Source: an uncultured Nitrososphaerota archaeon (GTDB lineage: Archaea; Thermoproteota; Nitrososphaeria; Nitrososphaerales; CADDZS01). Taken from it: a stretch of DNA of 64,000 bases. Below the pieces are notes generated by a model. That model made no database searches, had not been told where the DNA came from, and worked only from the letters and a program-made list of their open reading frames with translations. The DNA lies in assembly GCA_963799845.1 (NCBI GenBank), contig CAWCYI010000004.1:1984001-2048000 (forward strand), read 5' to 3'. Each line of letters begins with the position of its first letter. Positions within the stretch are counted from its first letter, which is position 1. A program made the translations under genes and the position numbers. Below, piece by piece: positions 22,099 to 33,406 of this stretch.

Positions 22099-23247
22099 AT
22101 GGAATCAGACCAAAATTTACGCCCAAAAACTAACGTCGCGCAAAAGATCGTAGAAGCCCGCAACAGCGGCAGAGGCCAGAAAGCGGTTACGCCGATAGTA
22201 GCGGCGGTCATCGCTATCGTGATCACCCTGTTGATTGTTGGAGCTGTCGTCTACGTCGCTTACGTGATGCCAAGTTCAGCCAACCTCGTCTCAACCAGCA
22301 CATCATCATCCAGCAGCACAACTTCGTACACTTCTGCGTGTACCAGCGGGACACCTTACTACTGCGGAACACTAAGCTTTACCGCAAGTGGTCAGGATCA
22401 CTTCTCGTCCACGACAGCATACACCACGGCGAGTAACATCGCAGTAACCCTGTTCACGAATCCAACTGGAAACGCTTTCCAAAGCTTAGGGTCGGTCCCT
22501 AGCGGCGGAACGCTTTCAGCGAACCTCGCACCCAACGCCAACGGAATCATCTACGCAGAAGTTGGTCCACAGTCAGGACAAAGCTTGTACGTAGATACAG
22601 CCCTCACGATGGCGCGGAACACGCCTTACATACAGGGATGGACTTACCAGCCAGTCGACAACACGAACACGAACCACTTTGTGTTCAAGCTGAATACCGC
22701 TGGAATCCCGGTAGCGTCAGGAATCACGCCGACCTTCACCTTCTACCCATACTTCATTGCATACAGCGCAGTAACGCTCTCCACACCCACGAACATCACA
22801 GATGTTGGAACCTCGTCAGTGAACGAATTTGTCCAATGGACAACTAGCCTGGCGACCGTGAACACTGGTGCAGAGATCACAGAGGCGATCCTTACAGTCA
22901 ATAACACCAACCCCGCAGTTGCACAGCCACTCTACTTGAATAACCCGACAGTTGGGGCAACAGGAACGATCCCACTCTCGGCGATGACAAGTACTCTACT
23001 GAGCAGCAGCTACCAGTACAGCTACTACTTCACGACAAGCAAGACCACGACTGACCTGAGCTCAGGCGCGTTTGTAACTTACGGACAAAACGCTCTAAAC
23101 TCAGCAGCATGGACATTCGCATACACTAACAACTTTGGGGCATGTACAGTTGCCTGCGGCGGAGTCGCCATAACTTTGCAGCTCTACGTGCTGCAACCAG
23201 CGGGAACACCCGTTGTAGTGCAAACTCAATGGACCGCGAGCAAGTAA
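22099..23247 (+). CDS. Exported beta-rich protein with archaeal class III (pilin/archaellin-type) signal peptide; candidate major structural protein
   Basis: RGQKA|VTPIVAAVIAIVITLLIV; own motif upstream and terminator downstream. Confidence 0.65.
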   Translation: MESDQNLRPKTNVAQKIVEARNSGRGQKAVTPIVAAVIAIVITLLIVGAVVYVAYVMPSSANLVSTSTSSSSSTTSYTSACTSGTPYYCGTLSFTASGQDHFSSTTAYTTASNIAVTLFTNPTGNAFQSLGSVPSGGTLSANLAPNANGIIYAEVGPQSGQSLYVDTALTMARNTPYIQGWTYQPVDNTNTNHFVFKLNTAGIPVASGITPTFTFYPYFIAYSAVTLSTPTNITDVGTSSVNEFVQWTTSLATVNTGAEITEAILTVNNTNPAVAQPLYLNNPTVGATGTIPLSAMTSTLLSSSYQYSYYFTTSKTTTDLSSGAFVTYGQNALNSAAWTFAYTNNFGACTVACGGVAITLQLYVLQPAGTPVVVQTQWTASK

Positions 23248-23298
23248 AATCTTGTGAGGATTACAGGGCGTAACAAATCAATCCCACTAACGAAATAA

Positions 23299-23342
23299 TC
23301 TGCGCCCACAGCGCAGACCCCCTTCTTTTTTCTTTTTATTTT
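23299..23342 (+). terminator. Hairpin TCTGCGC-N5-GCGCAGA plus long T-tract
   Basis: 7-bp perfect stem followed by TTCTTTTTTCTTTTTATTTT downstream of 23247. Confidence 0.7.
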
Positions 23343-23355
23343 GAGCTGAAATTCT

Positions 23356-24503
23356 TTGCAGAGATCTCGGACCAAAATCTTCGCGCAAGATCGCGAGGAT
23401 AGTACCGGCGGCCTCATTACTTGGATGCTCGTTTCTGCCGTTGTCGATATTCTGCTGATTCTGCTTTCGCTTGCAGAGGGAACCGAGGACACCGCCTTTG
23501 CGTTCCTGATAATGGGACTGATCGCTTTCGTTCCTCTAATGCTGCTACGTTTTGAAGCTGAAGAAACCGATCAGCGAGCCAGTCTATTTTGAGAAACGAG
23601 CTTTCTTGGTGGGATCTGCTTATCGGATTTCTGACGGGCGAGCTCGTCTTGGCGGCGAACATTATCGCCGTTTCTTACGATCTGCTGAGTGGAAAATTCG
23701 ATCTAGTACCGTCGAATGTTCTGCCATCGGTCGCGTACAATTCCATTCTTTACGTGCCGCAGTTTTTCACGATCCCCTCGGCGTTCTTTAACGTGATAAT
23801 TAATTCCGTGAGCCAGTACGTTTTCACGGCTTGGGGAGAGGAACTGATGAAAGCAGCCGCGATCTACGGACTGTATCGCCTGACGAAGAACGGCCCAGTC
23901 TCAGTTGCAGTGGCGATTGGTGTCTGGGCGGGAGCTCACACAATTCTTGCGGGTTTCAGTCTTTTCGAGGTCATGCTGGCCGCCTTCTCGGGAGTCGCTT
24001 TCTTTTTCGCGTGGGCCCTGACTGGAAATCTGATCACCGCGATTCTGGCGCATGGAACATACAACGCCTCGATCACGATCCTCTCGGCAGCTCTCGTTCC
24101 TAGTGCAAGTGGGTTCATCGTACCTTTGCTCGCGTACAACGTGATTACGGGTGCAGCGATCTATTTCGTCGTGTGGAAGCTATCAGGCATGTCGTACATC
24201 CGCAGTTTTGGGTTTTTAGGATATGGCCAGCAGGGCAGCGGTAGCGGCGGCACTACTCATCAGCGTCATAATTTTAGTGTCAGTTTTCATCGTGATCATT
24301 CCGTCGATTCAATCAGGAACCTTTTCGATAGGATTGCCAAAAGGGGCAAGTCTAATCGGACAAGCTCCGATCTCAGTAACGGGAATCAGTCTCTCACAGG
24401 GCGGGTCGATCCAAAATCAGTACCTCATCAACACGTATTGGGACGTGGCTCTATCCGTACGTGGTTTAACAAGCACAGCCTTTCTCAAGTTTGGTCCTGG
24501 TAA
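23356..24503 (+). CDS. CPBP (Abi/CAAX-type II) intramembrane metalloprotease, frameshifted near 23550-23595; true end probably near 24220
   Basis: EELMK, WAGAH and HGTYN motifs in TM context; N-terminal part in ORF 23356-23592. Confidence 0.75.
24190..24198 (+). promoter_or_regulatory. TGTCGTACA motif
   Basis: Ends 25 bp before the ATG at 24223. Confidence 0.5.
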
Positions 24504-26452
24504 CGCCAGCGCATCGGTCAGCCTCGGGAACGGCGGCACGGCTACTCCCCAATCGCAGATCTATGTTAGGATAGATCCTGGAACGCCGTACGCCCAAGTT
24601 GCCCTAAGGCCGATCAATATCGAGTGGTCGCCAGCTTCCTCGGGATGGGGAGATCCGAGCAAAGGCGTGTTCTGCGGTGTAGTTCTCCAATTCACAGGTT
24701 GCTTCCAGTACACATATCACTCCAATCCAGCACAGACGACTACCTTCTACGTTCCAGCGCAACAGTACCTGGACGTTCCACTATCCAATGACGATCACCG
24801 TTCAGAAAGTTGGTGGAACCAATCCCTTCACAGAGAGCCAGAAAATTGACGCTGTAAGCCAGAACAGTGTTACAATCGGTGCGCCCAATGATCCCGATGA
24901 GAATGTAACGATTAATCAGCTCGGATTTAATGCGGGTGCTTTGAGTCAGGTACCCGTCGGCACTCCAATCTTCTTCAATGGCGGTTCAGTTTGCGGTACG
25001 GCCAATCTCTGCGGCTTTGCTGGCGATGCACAATCCCAGATCCAGAATTACGCGCAGTATTGGTACGGCAGCGAGACAACATGGCCTTCTCTCGGTTACA
25101 ACATCTGCAACTGCTCGACCCCAGGACAGAATTTAGGCAACACGCAAGATAATCCAGTTCAAGCGTACTACCCCGGCCATCCAGGCTGGAAACAAATCGA
25201 GACTTACAACAACGGACAGACCCAGTACACGTACCAACCCATTGCCCCAAGTCTTACCACAAATACGCCAGGCTTGACCAGCAATCTGATCTACAACGGC
25301 TACACGAGCAGCGGTGGAATTGGACAGGGAGACAGCGAGAAGAATTCCACTCAAGCGGGCCTCTCATTTCTGAACTGGATGTACGCCCAAGCTCCGAAAG
25401 TTATCGGCGGCGCGGTCGACCCTTCACTAACGGCGTACTCAAATCCTTACGGGAATTCAAATCCGTGGTCAGTCTCGACGCAGCAGCTTACCATAGATCT
25501 TTCTGGATCGGGTTCGCTTCTTTCCAGCGTGATCATTCCCCAGACGCAGCTTTTGGTTAGCACGAGTCTTGCAGACACAGTGGTAAATCAGGTGAATTCC
25601 GCACCGTTCACCATCACTCAGATCGCTGCAACATCAAGCACACTCGGCGGCGGTCAGATTACAAACCTCGGGGTTACGGTCCAGAACACGGGCAGCTATC
25701 CTGGAAGCGCGACCCTATCATTTTCGCAAAGCGGTGATTTGATTAGCCTCTCGCCACCAGCCGCGACCTTCACATTGAATAATGGCGCGAGTCAAACTTT
25801 CAACTTTGCAGCAACGGGACTGTACACCACAACGCCAACTTCCGACCAACTGACTTTCTTCGTGATGAATTCCGCAGGATTGGTTACGGATTCCAAAACT
25901 TTTACGTTCACCGTCCAACCGCCACCCCAAGCTGGATCCACTGAGTTTAAGATCACAAATGTTTCGCTTCCTAAATCCGTGGCCGTTGGGGCGCAAGTGT
26001 CAATGACGGTCGACATTCAATCAATCGGCATAGCTGGAACCGCGTTCATCACTGCCACATCAGCCTCGAATCAGATCGCCAGCGTGAACCCGACCCACAT
26101 CAATCAAACAATGGGATCTGGAAACACGGTACCTGTTGGATTTACTGTCGTCGGAGTTGCGCTGCCCACGGGAGTTACACAACAGAGTGTTACCATCGAC
26201 GTTCAGGTTTCAAATGGATCCGCGATCTCGGAATCAATGGTGTCCATTCTCGTAACTTCAACGGGCGGAGTTCCGTGCATAATCAACTGCAACAACAATA
26301 ATTCTAGCGGCATATCTCTGACCGAAATCATCGCGATCATACTTGTGGTAGTAGCTGCGGGCGCGGGAATCGTCGCAGTAGTGAAACGGAAGAAAGGGCC
26401 GTTCAAAAATCCGATAAAAAGAAGAAAATCGCCCTTCAAGAGAAAACGCTGA
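24223..26452 (+). CDS. Large membrane-anchored Ig/CARDB-like surface (spike-like) protein, split by a frameshift near 24786
   Basis: ORF 24223 has a signal/TM; ORF 24788 continues with VTVQNTGSYPG Ig-like domains, C-terminal TM and very basic tail KRKKG...KRKR. Confidence 0.75.
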
Positions 26453-26453
26453 C

Positions 26454-26945
26454 TTGCACCGCCGAGCCCGCTTCTTCGTTGCGACCCTAGTTACTTTGGT
26501 ACTGCTAACTCTCGTCGCGGTCTTGCTGCCGATTTCAAAAGCTCAGGCGGCGCAAGAGTACTCGCAGCTCCAGACCCAACTCGCCAATCCCACCCTTCTC
26601 TCGATCTTCATCAACAACTTTGGGATCGCAATCATCGGGTTCTTGCCTTTCGTCGGGGCGATCTACGAAGGGTTCGTGCTGTTCAATACGGGCCTCGCGG
26701 TCGCAGCCATCGGAACGACGAAAGGAGTTCCGGCCACGTATCTTCTAGCTGTCTCAATGACCACGCCTTTCTTCTGGATGGAGTACGTCTCTTACAGCAT
26801 CGCGATCAGCGCGGCAGCTTTCCTGATTGTGTCGATTCAGCAACGCCGCTTCCGAATGGAATTCAAATACTTCCTCTTGCAGATCGCCCTCGTCGCGGGG
26901 CTGCTCTTGGCGGCTGTCTTCATCGAAATAGCCTATGTGGCCTGA
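26454..26945 (+). CDS. Stage II sporulation protein M-like membrane protein
   Basis: IFINN...LPFVG...FNTG...PFFWMEYVSY...AVFIE pattern. Confidence 0.65.
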   Translation: MHRRARFFVATLVTLVLLTLVAVLLPISKAQAAQEYSQLQTQLANPTLLSIFINNFGIAIIGFLPFVGAIYEGFVLFNTGLAVAAIGTTKGVPATYLLAVSMTTPFFWMEYVSYSIAISAAAFLIVSIQQRRFRMEFKYFLLQIALVAGLLLAAVFIEIAYVA

Positions 26946-26964
26946 GAAATCGCCTTTTTGGAAT

Positions 26965-27105
26965 ATGGGATACATCAGAGACAGGCTGGATGCAATCGAC
27001 AAGAAACATGCCCACCGTTTCACCAGGAAGAACGCTGTCATCATAACATCGATCCTGATAGCAGTAGTAGTGGTTCTGGAAATCATCGTCGTACAGATCC
27101 ACTAA
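26965..27105 (+). CDS. Small single-TM protein (46 aa)
   Basis: MGYIRDRLDAIDKKHAHRFTRKNAVIITSILIAVVVVLEIIVVQIH*; fills the gap, below the ORF-track cutoff. Confidence 0.6.
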   Translation: MGYIRDRLDAIDKKHAHRFTRKNAVIITSILIAVVVVLEIIVVQIH

Positions 27106-27121
27106 ATCTTCTTTTTCTTGC

Positions 27122-28559
27122 ATGAACGCCTCGAAAGTTCTGGCGATTCTCTTTGTGGTCCTTATCGCCAGCGGATTCCTAGTCTACTTTTTCACGCCGA
27201 TCTCATCTGCGGCTACGAATATTTGGTGCTTCCCGCAGAATCCATTAGCGAGTTGCAGTACAAGCTCTTCCTCGGGAACGACTACCATCTCGACTAGTAC
27301 GCAGCAAACTACCCAAACTGGAACGACCGTTTCCAGTTCAAACAATGCCATTAGTTTGAGTGTTGGGAACAGGAATCCCCAGATCTCAATCGGCGGCAGC
27401 AGCAACGATCCCTTCACAGTTACGACTAGAATACCGTTGAACATCACGGCCATCGCGCCCTCGGGATTTGTGGTTACTCCTAGTCCAAAGGCGATCTCTA
27501 CAAGTTCGCCAACAACGGTTGGCTCGGTTTCGATCTATGTGCCTAACTCGATCACGTATGGGAATTATGTAGTAACTTTAGAGGCGGTTTCAGGTCCGAT
27601 CACAATCGTTACTCAGACGATCACGGTTACAGCTACAACGCCAACTCCTATCGAGACGCAGTATTACTACGGGGTCGTTTCGCAGTTCAGTTTGAACATC
27701 ACCAGGGCTTTCGTCGGCGAGGATGGAAAGCTGACAGGAAGCGTGAGATTGGATGAGCTATTCGGCGCGGGCGGCGGTGGCGGCAGCGTAACCACGAATT
27801 CCAATGGACAGGTTTCAAACAGCGGAATTTATCCTGCAATTCCCACGGTCGGTTTTACAAAGTACTGGGTTACAATTACCTCGACGGCTGCACCAACAGC
27901 ACCTAGTACGTCGTACTTTCTCGCGAGCTTTGAAGTGTTCGGTACCCTCAACAATCCGAATGAGATCGCGAATACTGCTGGCTCGACAGTCTACACCGCG
28001 AATGGGTGGGGAATCTATCTCTACTCTCAGCAAATTCCTCTCTCGGGTGGGAGCTTTTCCGTGCAGTTCAATAACACTGCTCTAATTGATGGAGAGTTCA
28101 ACGCACAGGCCGATTTGCTTGGTCAAGCACAGATACCAGGAAATATGGCAAACATACTGACAGCGTATCGGGATCCCAGTGAGTGAAGGTCAGGGCTATG
28201 CGGGGGTCATCAGTACCGTTCAGATCAACGACTATCGCAACGTGCTGGACAATATCGAGACAGTGAACGATATTTTGCAAATTCCTTCGACACCAAATCC
28301 GCTTAATCCCGCCTTGTCCACTTCGACCACTAGCACGGTAACAAGCGTCTGTCTCGGGGACAGGCCCCAAGTCTGCTCGCTTTCGCTGCTGCAAAATGGA
28401 TTCGCGTTGAATCTCGCGGGAAGTGCCTCGGGCGGCCCTGGCATAACTTCGTTCTGGACCGTTGCGACAGGAACTCTGTGGCTTGTTGGGGGAGCTGGGA
28501 TGATCGGCGTTCTGGTCTACTCGCTGCGCGGACGCAAACAAGGAAAATGGCACTATTGA
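27122..28559 (+). CDS. Membrane-anchored surface protein (split by a 1-bp insertion at ~28165)
   Basis: Removing G in AGC(G)T gives ...ILTAIGIPVSEGQGY, joining ORFs 27122 and 28179; TM at both ends. Confidence 0.75.
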
Positions 28560-28781
28560 TTTTGGCACGGCAACTCTAGCGGACTGGTGACAAACCAGCT
28601 ACAATCTTGCAATACTACACGAAGTTGAGACCGCCTTTGATAAGACAAGAGGTGAACGGGAGCTCCTATAAAATAGTGTAAATAAAAAACAATGAGAGAT
28701 GCTAAGTGTGTAGATAGGGAGCGGGAATGGTAAGTAAGTTGTCCATAAGGGAGAAAATTACGCGCGGGACGGCGCGACAAA

Positions 28782-29108
28782 TTACTTCTGGATTGTTTCC
28801 GCGTCTTGAGGCGTGGCGTAGGCTTCTTTCTGAGTCAAAGTTTGTTCCTTTGGCTGAGGTTTGGCTTTCGTTTTCAGGATTGCGAGAGCATAGATTAGAG
28901 AGGCAATTCCTATGACGATGAATGCTAGTCCTAAGATTTGTATAATAGGGCTGGTCGAGTAGATTTCTGTTTCGTATGCGTGGTTGCCTATTTGGTATTG
29001 GTCGGTGCCCGCTGGGAATTGTGCGCCAGTTAATAGAATAAAGAATCCGCCAGCCGCTGCGACAACTCCGAATATCACGAAGGCGTAGCGTAGCGTTGTC
29101 GCTTTCAT
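28782..29108 (-). CDS. Small 2-TM protein
   Basis: Two hydrophobic helices. Confidence 0.7.
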   Translation of the reverse strand: MKATTLRYAFVIFGVVAAAGGFFILLTGAQFPAGTDQYQIGNHAYETEIYSTSPIIQILGLAFIVIGIASLIYALAILKTKAKPQPKEQTLTQKEAYATPQDAETIQK

Positions 29109-29271
29109 TAGTGAACGACTTGCGAATTTAGTATAAAGTAACTATGGATTTGTGGTTCAGATTGCGTAAGGAGTTTGTGATTGTGATGAAATACCTTTTG
29201 CGTGTGCATTAACGAAATATTGTTCTCGCAATTTACTAAACAGTGATATATCGAAACAACTGTTCAATAAC

Positions 29272-29907
29272 TTAAGGATAATAATTTGAGAAAGACAACA
29301 AATTCCCCACTACCAAGTAATAGTCTAAGGTACACGTATACGGGGCCGAACTGAATGTCCAAGCGAGATTGAAATTGTAAGTTCCGTTGGAAATCGGTCT
29401 TGAATGAATAAGAAAAGTAATGACTAAACCTTCTCTTGCGTCTTCAGTATTTCCAATTGTTAGGTTCTGTGATGACGAGATTAGGGAAAAATTCGCCAGT
29501 GCGTTATCACTAGACGCTGAGTTATTTATCCTACCAGATAAGGAAATGTAATTGAGAGGATCTATCGTTATCGGTGCTGTCTCGTTATAATAGTAAAATG
29601 CAACACAAGCATACATCGAAGAGTTCTCATTCAAATGGAAAGATATCGGCTGCACTCCTTCTCCATAAGGATAAGGAGAACTGGCGTTCAATTCTGGGGA
29701 TGAACTTGGACAAAGTGAAGATAGATTTGTCGGAATTTGAGTCGCAAACGAAGATGTCATCGAAACCGTGCTGAACACTGTGGATGTCGTGGTCAGGGCT
29801 TGGGTCGTAGTTTCTGTTCTCCCAAACACAAGAGAGGCTGCTGTGAATCCGATAACCAACATCACTACTCCCACAGCGACGATTTGAACTACTGTCGATT
29901 TGTTCAT
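29272..29907 (-). CDS. N-anchored exported protein with Thr-rich linker
   Basis: TM + TETTTQALTTTSTV + Cys/Asn-rich domain. Confidence 0.75.
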   Translation of the reverse strand: MNKSTVVQIVAVGVVMLVIGFTAASLVFGRTETTTQALTTTSTVFSTVSMTSSFATQIPTNLSSLCPSSSPELNASSPYPYGEGVQPISFHLNENSSMYACVAFYYYNETAPITIDPLNYISLSGRINNSASSDNALANFSLISSSQNLTIGNTEDAREGLVITFLIHSRPISNGTYNFNLAWTFSSAPYTCTLDYYLVVGNLLSFSNYYP

Positions 29908-30123
29908 CTAGATCTGTCTACTCGAAGGCGTACTATAAGGTTCTAGCCTTAAGAACAGAAGGGGTGGTGACTGACCCAAAGTCAAAAATCCTAATCTACT
30001 AAATGTCGTGTTGATACTTTTCAAAACATAATCGGTTGCGATGCACAAATGCCTTCATTCAAAGGATTAACAAGACCTAAATCTTAGAATATTCCCTTTC
30101 TGTTATTTGGTAGCAAGAAGAAG

Positions 30124-30386
30124 ATGAGGAAAAAATCGGCAATTGTTTTCTCAATTTGTCTGATTACCGCTGCCCTCTTCGTACTCTTGGTGCCTGTTGT
30201 TCCAATGGGCTTGGGGTTATACAACCCGTATCCCAATGTAACCGAAGCAACTCCGATGAACGGTCTTTGAGTATCTATTTTGCTCATTTTGGCGGGCAGT
30301 TGTATTTCTACAATAATACTCAAATGGTCTATATTTTCGGAATGTTGAACGTTCCTAGAAGTGGGCCTTCAATGACTCGAAACTGA
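30124..30386 (+). CDS. Small exported protein (frameshifted near 30255)
   Basis: MRKKSAIVFSICLITAALFVLLVPVVP... continues in the frame of ORF 30156-30386. Confidence 0.5.
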
Positions 30387-30458
30387 TAACTCCTTAGAGG
30401 AATTTTTCTCGGTTTCTTTCGTGCGCTCTCTTGCTTCCTTTGGCGAAAGGAGTTAAGC
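30387..30458 (+). repeat. Intergenic repeat family R, copy A (TAACTCCTT...AAGGAGTTA inverted ends)
   Basis: Core AATTTTTCTCGGTTTCTTTCGTG shared with other copies; starts immediately after the TGA at 30386. Confidence 0.75.
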
Positions 30459-30636
30459 GGGCTTGCAGGAAAAGGAAATGGCGTTCGCTTGCGTTAGCAA
30501 AATGGTAAAAAAAACATGGGAGCAGAGAGACAAACTACAGAGAGATACTTTCGAAGTTTGTGTGTCTCGTGGTTAGTGGGAGAGGTGAACGCTATTGACA
30601 AAGCGTAAATCCAAAAATCTTGCATTTGAAGGGACG

Positions 30637-30996
30637 ATGAAATACATCCGAATACTCGTGCCAATAATTTCATTCGCATTTCTGTTTGTGTTTTTCCTGC
30701 CGATTATTCATTACACGACGCCTTGCTTTGGTAGTTCGTTTCCTTCATGTAGCGGATACGAATCTATTGGATGGGCGGTGGTCGGCTGGGGCGCATATAC
30801 AATCGCGAACACTGCCATTTATTCGCCTCCGTATATCGCGTTAAGTCCAAGTTATCAATTCACTTCAATTGGCGCGTTGCTTTTTGCTGCTCTTCCAATT
30901 TTTCTGATAGGCATTGCATTCCTATTTGCTGAACTGAAGAAGATAGTAAAGAGCCGACAAACTCTTCCAAAGTTAAGCACCGAGTCGAAATTATGA
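30637..30996 (+). CDS. Small 2-TM protein
   Basis: MKYIRILVPIISFAFLFVFFLP...; second TM near the C-terminus. Confidence 0.7.
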   Translation: MKYIRILVPIISFAFLFVFFLPIIHYTTPCFGSSFPSCSGYESIGWAVVGWGAYTIANTAIYSPPYIALSPSYQFTSIGALLFAALPIFLIGIAFLFAELKKIVKSRQTLPKLSTESKL

Positions 30997-31001
30997 TAGA
31001 A

Positions 31002-31350
31002 TCACAAAGGTTGCATTTCCATAATCGTCTTTATTTCTTCAACAATGGCGTAACGCTCGGATTTTGTTAATGGGTCTGCCTCCATTGTAGTTTTGTTTTT
31101 CTTGGTTGCGGTTTGACCAAAGAGAAAGACCATTAGCGAGACAATAAGAAATCCAATCCCGACCACAATGATAGTATTCCCTGTCGGAGTGATGTAGATA
31201 TTCGTGTTTTGAAATGTATGAGCACATGACGCCTGTCCAGTGGGAGATATTGCACAACCCCCAAAATCAAGCATTCTAATGTAGAGACCAGAGAAAACTA
31301 GGATTTATTCCGATAGCAGATAAGCAGATGATTATTTTTGGATGCTTCAA
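31002..31350 (-). CDS. Small 2-TM protein (N-terminus frameshifted)
   Basis: TTG at 31350 gives MKHPKIIICLSAIGI, joining ...ILVFSGLYIRMLDFGG after one indel. Confidence 0.55.
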
Positions 31351-31408
31351 CGATGAGAATATTTCCTCCTGTTTCCTGTCTTATCTTGCTTCAGGATTTG
31401 TGAAGCAG

Positions 31409-31453
31409 ATATTTGAGACTATACAATCGCATGCCCGTTCTGGCAAACGGAAC
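31409..31453 (-). promoter_or_regulatory. Promoter-like repeat P, copy 1 (ATATTTGAGACTAT...GTTC-N9-GAAC)
   Basis: Four copies with identical 28-bp spacing, each upstream of a minus-strand gene. Confidence 0.7.
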
Positions 31454-31456
31454 AAA

Positions 31457-31525
31457 GGTTAATCCTTAGGGGAATTTTTTCTCGCTCTCTTCGTGTCTGC
31501 GCTTGCTTCCCTTGGCGAAGGTAAC
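31457..31525 (+). repeat. Repeat family R, copy B
   Basis: TCCTTAGGGGAATTTTTTCTCG...CTTGCTTCCCTTGGCGAAGG. Confidence 0.75.
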
Positions 31526-31564
31526 AAGGAATAATTATTTGATTGTGCCTGAGTAGTATTTAGG

Positions 31565-32035
31565 ATGCGTAAAATCGTAATCTCGCTTGGCATGTTAGTG
31601 TTTGTGATGGCAATAATTATAGTCGTCACATTTTTTGGGTCACTGATAATTCCAAGTCTCCTGCACCGCTCTCCACCCGTAACTACGAATACCACGACCA
31701 CTTGCACAGAACAATTTGACAATCAATGCATCGGAAACTGGACTGCCTACTTTTCAATATCAGTAAACTACACGAGCGAATGGAAGGTTTCTTACAATGC
31801 AACTGGCACTATTATCAATAATTTTAGTGGAAACTACACGGGGACAGGTGACAATTCTACCCAAATAGTTGTGGATGCATACGGTGTTGTGGTGATTATG
31901 TTTTGCGCTACAGCGCAGAAAATGGATTCATCAAACTCTACGCTTTCTCTTACCGTTAATTTCGCTGGAACAGGAGACCCAAGCACTTCGCTTCCTTTTG
32001 GTTCAGTGCAACAGTGTGTTTCTGTAGGAATCTGA
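31565..32035 (+). CDS. N-anchored exported protein
   Basis: TM + TTNTTTT + beta-rich domain with Cys pairs. Confidence 0.75.
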   Translation: MRKIVISLGMLVFVMAIIIVVTFFGSLIIPSLLHRSPPVTTNTTTTCTEQFDNQCIGNWTAYFSISVNYTSEWKVSYNATGTIINNFSGNYTGTGDNSTQIVVDAYGVVVIMFCATAQKMDSSNSTLSLTVNFAGTGDPSTSLPFGSVQQCVSVGI

Positions 32036-32038
32036 ATA

Positions 32039-32132
32039 GTTCCTTCGCTTCCGAGAGCAGGAGAAACGCAAAACCACCTTACCGTATTTTTCTCGGTTTC
32101 TCTTTTGCGTCCTTGAGCGATAGGAGTCAGAT
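32039..32132 (+). repeat. Repeat family R, copy C
   Basis: TCCTTCGCT...TTTTTCTCGGTTTC...CCTTGAGCGATAGGAGTCAGAT directly after the stop at 32035. Confidence 0.7.
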
Positions 32133-32173
32133 GTTTTTGCAGAACGTAAATTAGTCCTAATCGCCGAAATCTG

Positions 32174-32491
32174 TTATTGACGTCTTTCCAGTTCTGCCCG
32201 AATATCCCTAATCTTAGTCGTGATAACTTCTCGTGCCTGAGGATTATCAATTCTTAGACGGTCAAATTCAATCAAACTCCCTTTCAAATTCTTGAGAAAA
32301 GTCTCAAGCGAATCTGTAGGGATTTCCGAATACTTTCCTTGTTCAATCAGAGGAACGTAATCCGTTCCTTCAATTTTGGCTTTGAAGTTCACAACTTTCT
32401 CTTTGTCTTTATTCACGGTTCCGAAGAACAAAGAAAGCAAAGTCAGTATAAAAGGAATAATCAAACTCGGCGAAAATGACAAAAGACGCAA
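32174..32491 (-). CDS. Small N-anchored protein
   Basis: Hydrophobic N-terminus, charged helical remainder. Confidence 0.6.
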   Translation of the reverse strand: MRLLSFSPSLIIPFILTLLSLFFGTVNKDKEKVVNFKAKIEGTDYVPLIEQGKYSEIPTDSLETFLKNLKGSLIEFDRLRIDNPQAREVITTKIRDIRAELERRQ

Positions 32492-32510
32492 CAGAAAACA
32501 TTATTCTGTT

Positions 32511-32577
32511 AGGAAGAAAATTTTTCACGCTTTCTTTCGTGTGTTCTTTTTGCGTCCATTAGCGAAAGGAGTTAGGG
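32511..32577 (+). repeat. Repeat family R, copy D
   Basis: AATTTTTCACGCTTTCTTTCGTG...AGCGAAAGGAGTTAGGG. Confidence 0.75.
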
Positions 32578-32676
32578 TATAAGGGAAGAGGGGTAGGCAT
32601 CTCTTTTTTGTGCTGAAGGCGTAGTAACAAAGAATAAAGCGGAATCTTAGGAGAGACCTTTAGTTTCCGTTCTCCG

Positions 32677-33303
32677 ATGAGAAGAGAAATCGTTTCAACT
32701 CTGATAGTAGTGGCTTTGATTGTCGGTGCTGGAATAGGATATTTTGCAAATACTACCAGCAAGACAACTCAAACCGTGACTTATACGGAAAGTAACACTA
32801 CGACTGAGGAAATCACATCAATTGTAACATTGCCAATCGTCGAACAAAACAGCACGAATAGTTCTTCTTATAACGAGACAGGTGTCAGCACGGTTTATTG
32901 TGTGGTTTCGGTCGAAGGCAGCGGAGTATACCTTCGAATTGCGGATTCTTCGAACCACTCACTAGTCGGTCTGACAGTCTACGCGGTTCCAAAGGCGACA
33001 AGTTGTCTGGGAGAGCCTCCATTTCCCACACCTTTCGAGCAAACTTCCAACGCGACAGGCTGGGTCGCCCTAAACTCTCCGAATATTCAGGCGAATTACT
33101 ACTATCAAGTTACCGTCCTTGATTACGGGGGGAAAAACTACTCGCTCGTCCTGCCCCAATGGCCTCTACAGACTACTCTCGCAAATCTGAGTTTGCCCTC
33201 TGGAAATCTTACTGTTCAATTCTGTCAGACTCTCTTCGAGCCGACTAGGTTTTCGTGTAACCCCTTCGTAAATTCGACATCCACCTCTTCGACAACACCC
33301 TAA
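32677..33303 (+). CDS. N-anchored exported protein with Thr-rich linker
   Basis: MRREIVSTLIVVALIVGAGIGYF + TTSKTTQT + Ig-like (TSNATGWV) domain. Confidence 0.78.
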   Translation: MRREIVSTLIVVALIVGAGIGYFANTTSKTTQTVTYTESNTTTEEITSIVTLPIVEQNSTNSSSYNETGVSTVYCVVSVEGSGVYLRIADSSNHSLVGLTVYAVPKATSCLGEPPFPTPFEQTSNATGWVALNSPNIQANYYYQVTVLDYGGKNYSLVLPQWPLQTTLANLSLPSGNLTVQFCQTLFEPTRFSCNPFVNSTSTSSTTP

Positions 33304-33406
33304 ACGATACTCCTTTGCTTCCTTGAGCGTCAATTTTGGAGGTATTTTGGATTCTAATCTAGAATCTACAAATCCAAAATAAACTGTCCGTGAAATACGA
33401 ACCTGT

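Noticed and set aside
24223-24503. Dual coding between the CPBP ORF tail and ORF 24223
   Set aside because: The tail is non-domain sequence; a lost stop caused by an indel is the simpler explanation in this error-prone assembly.
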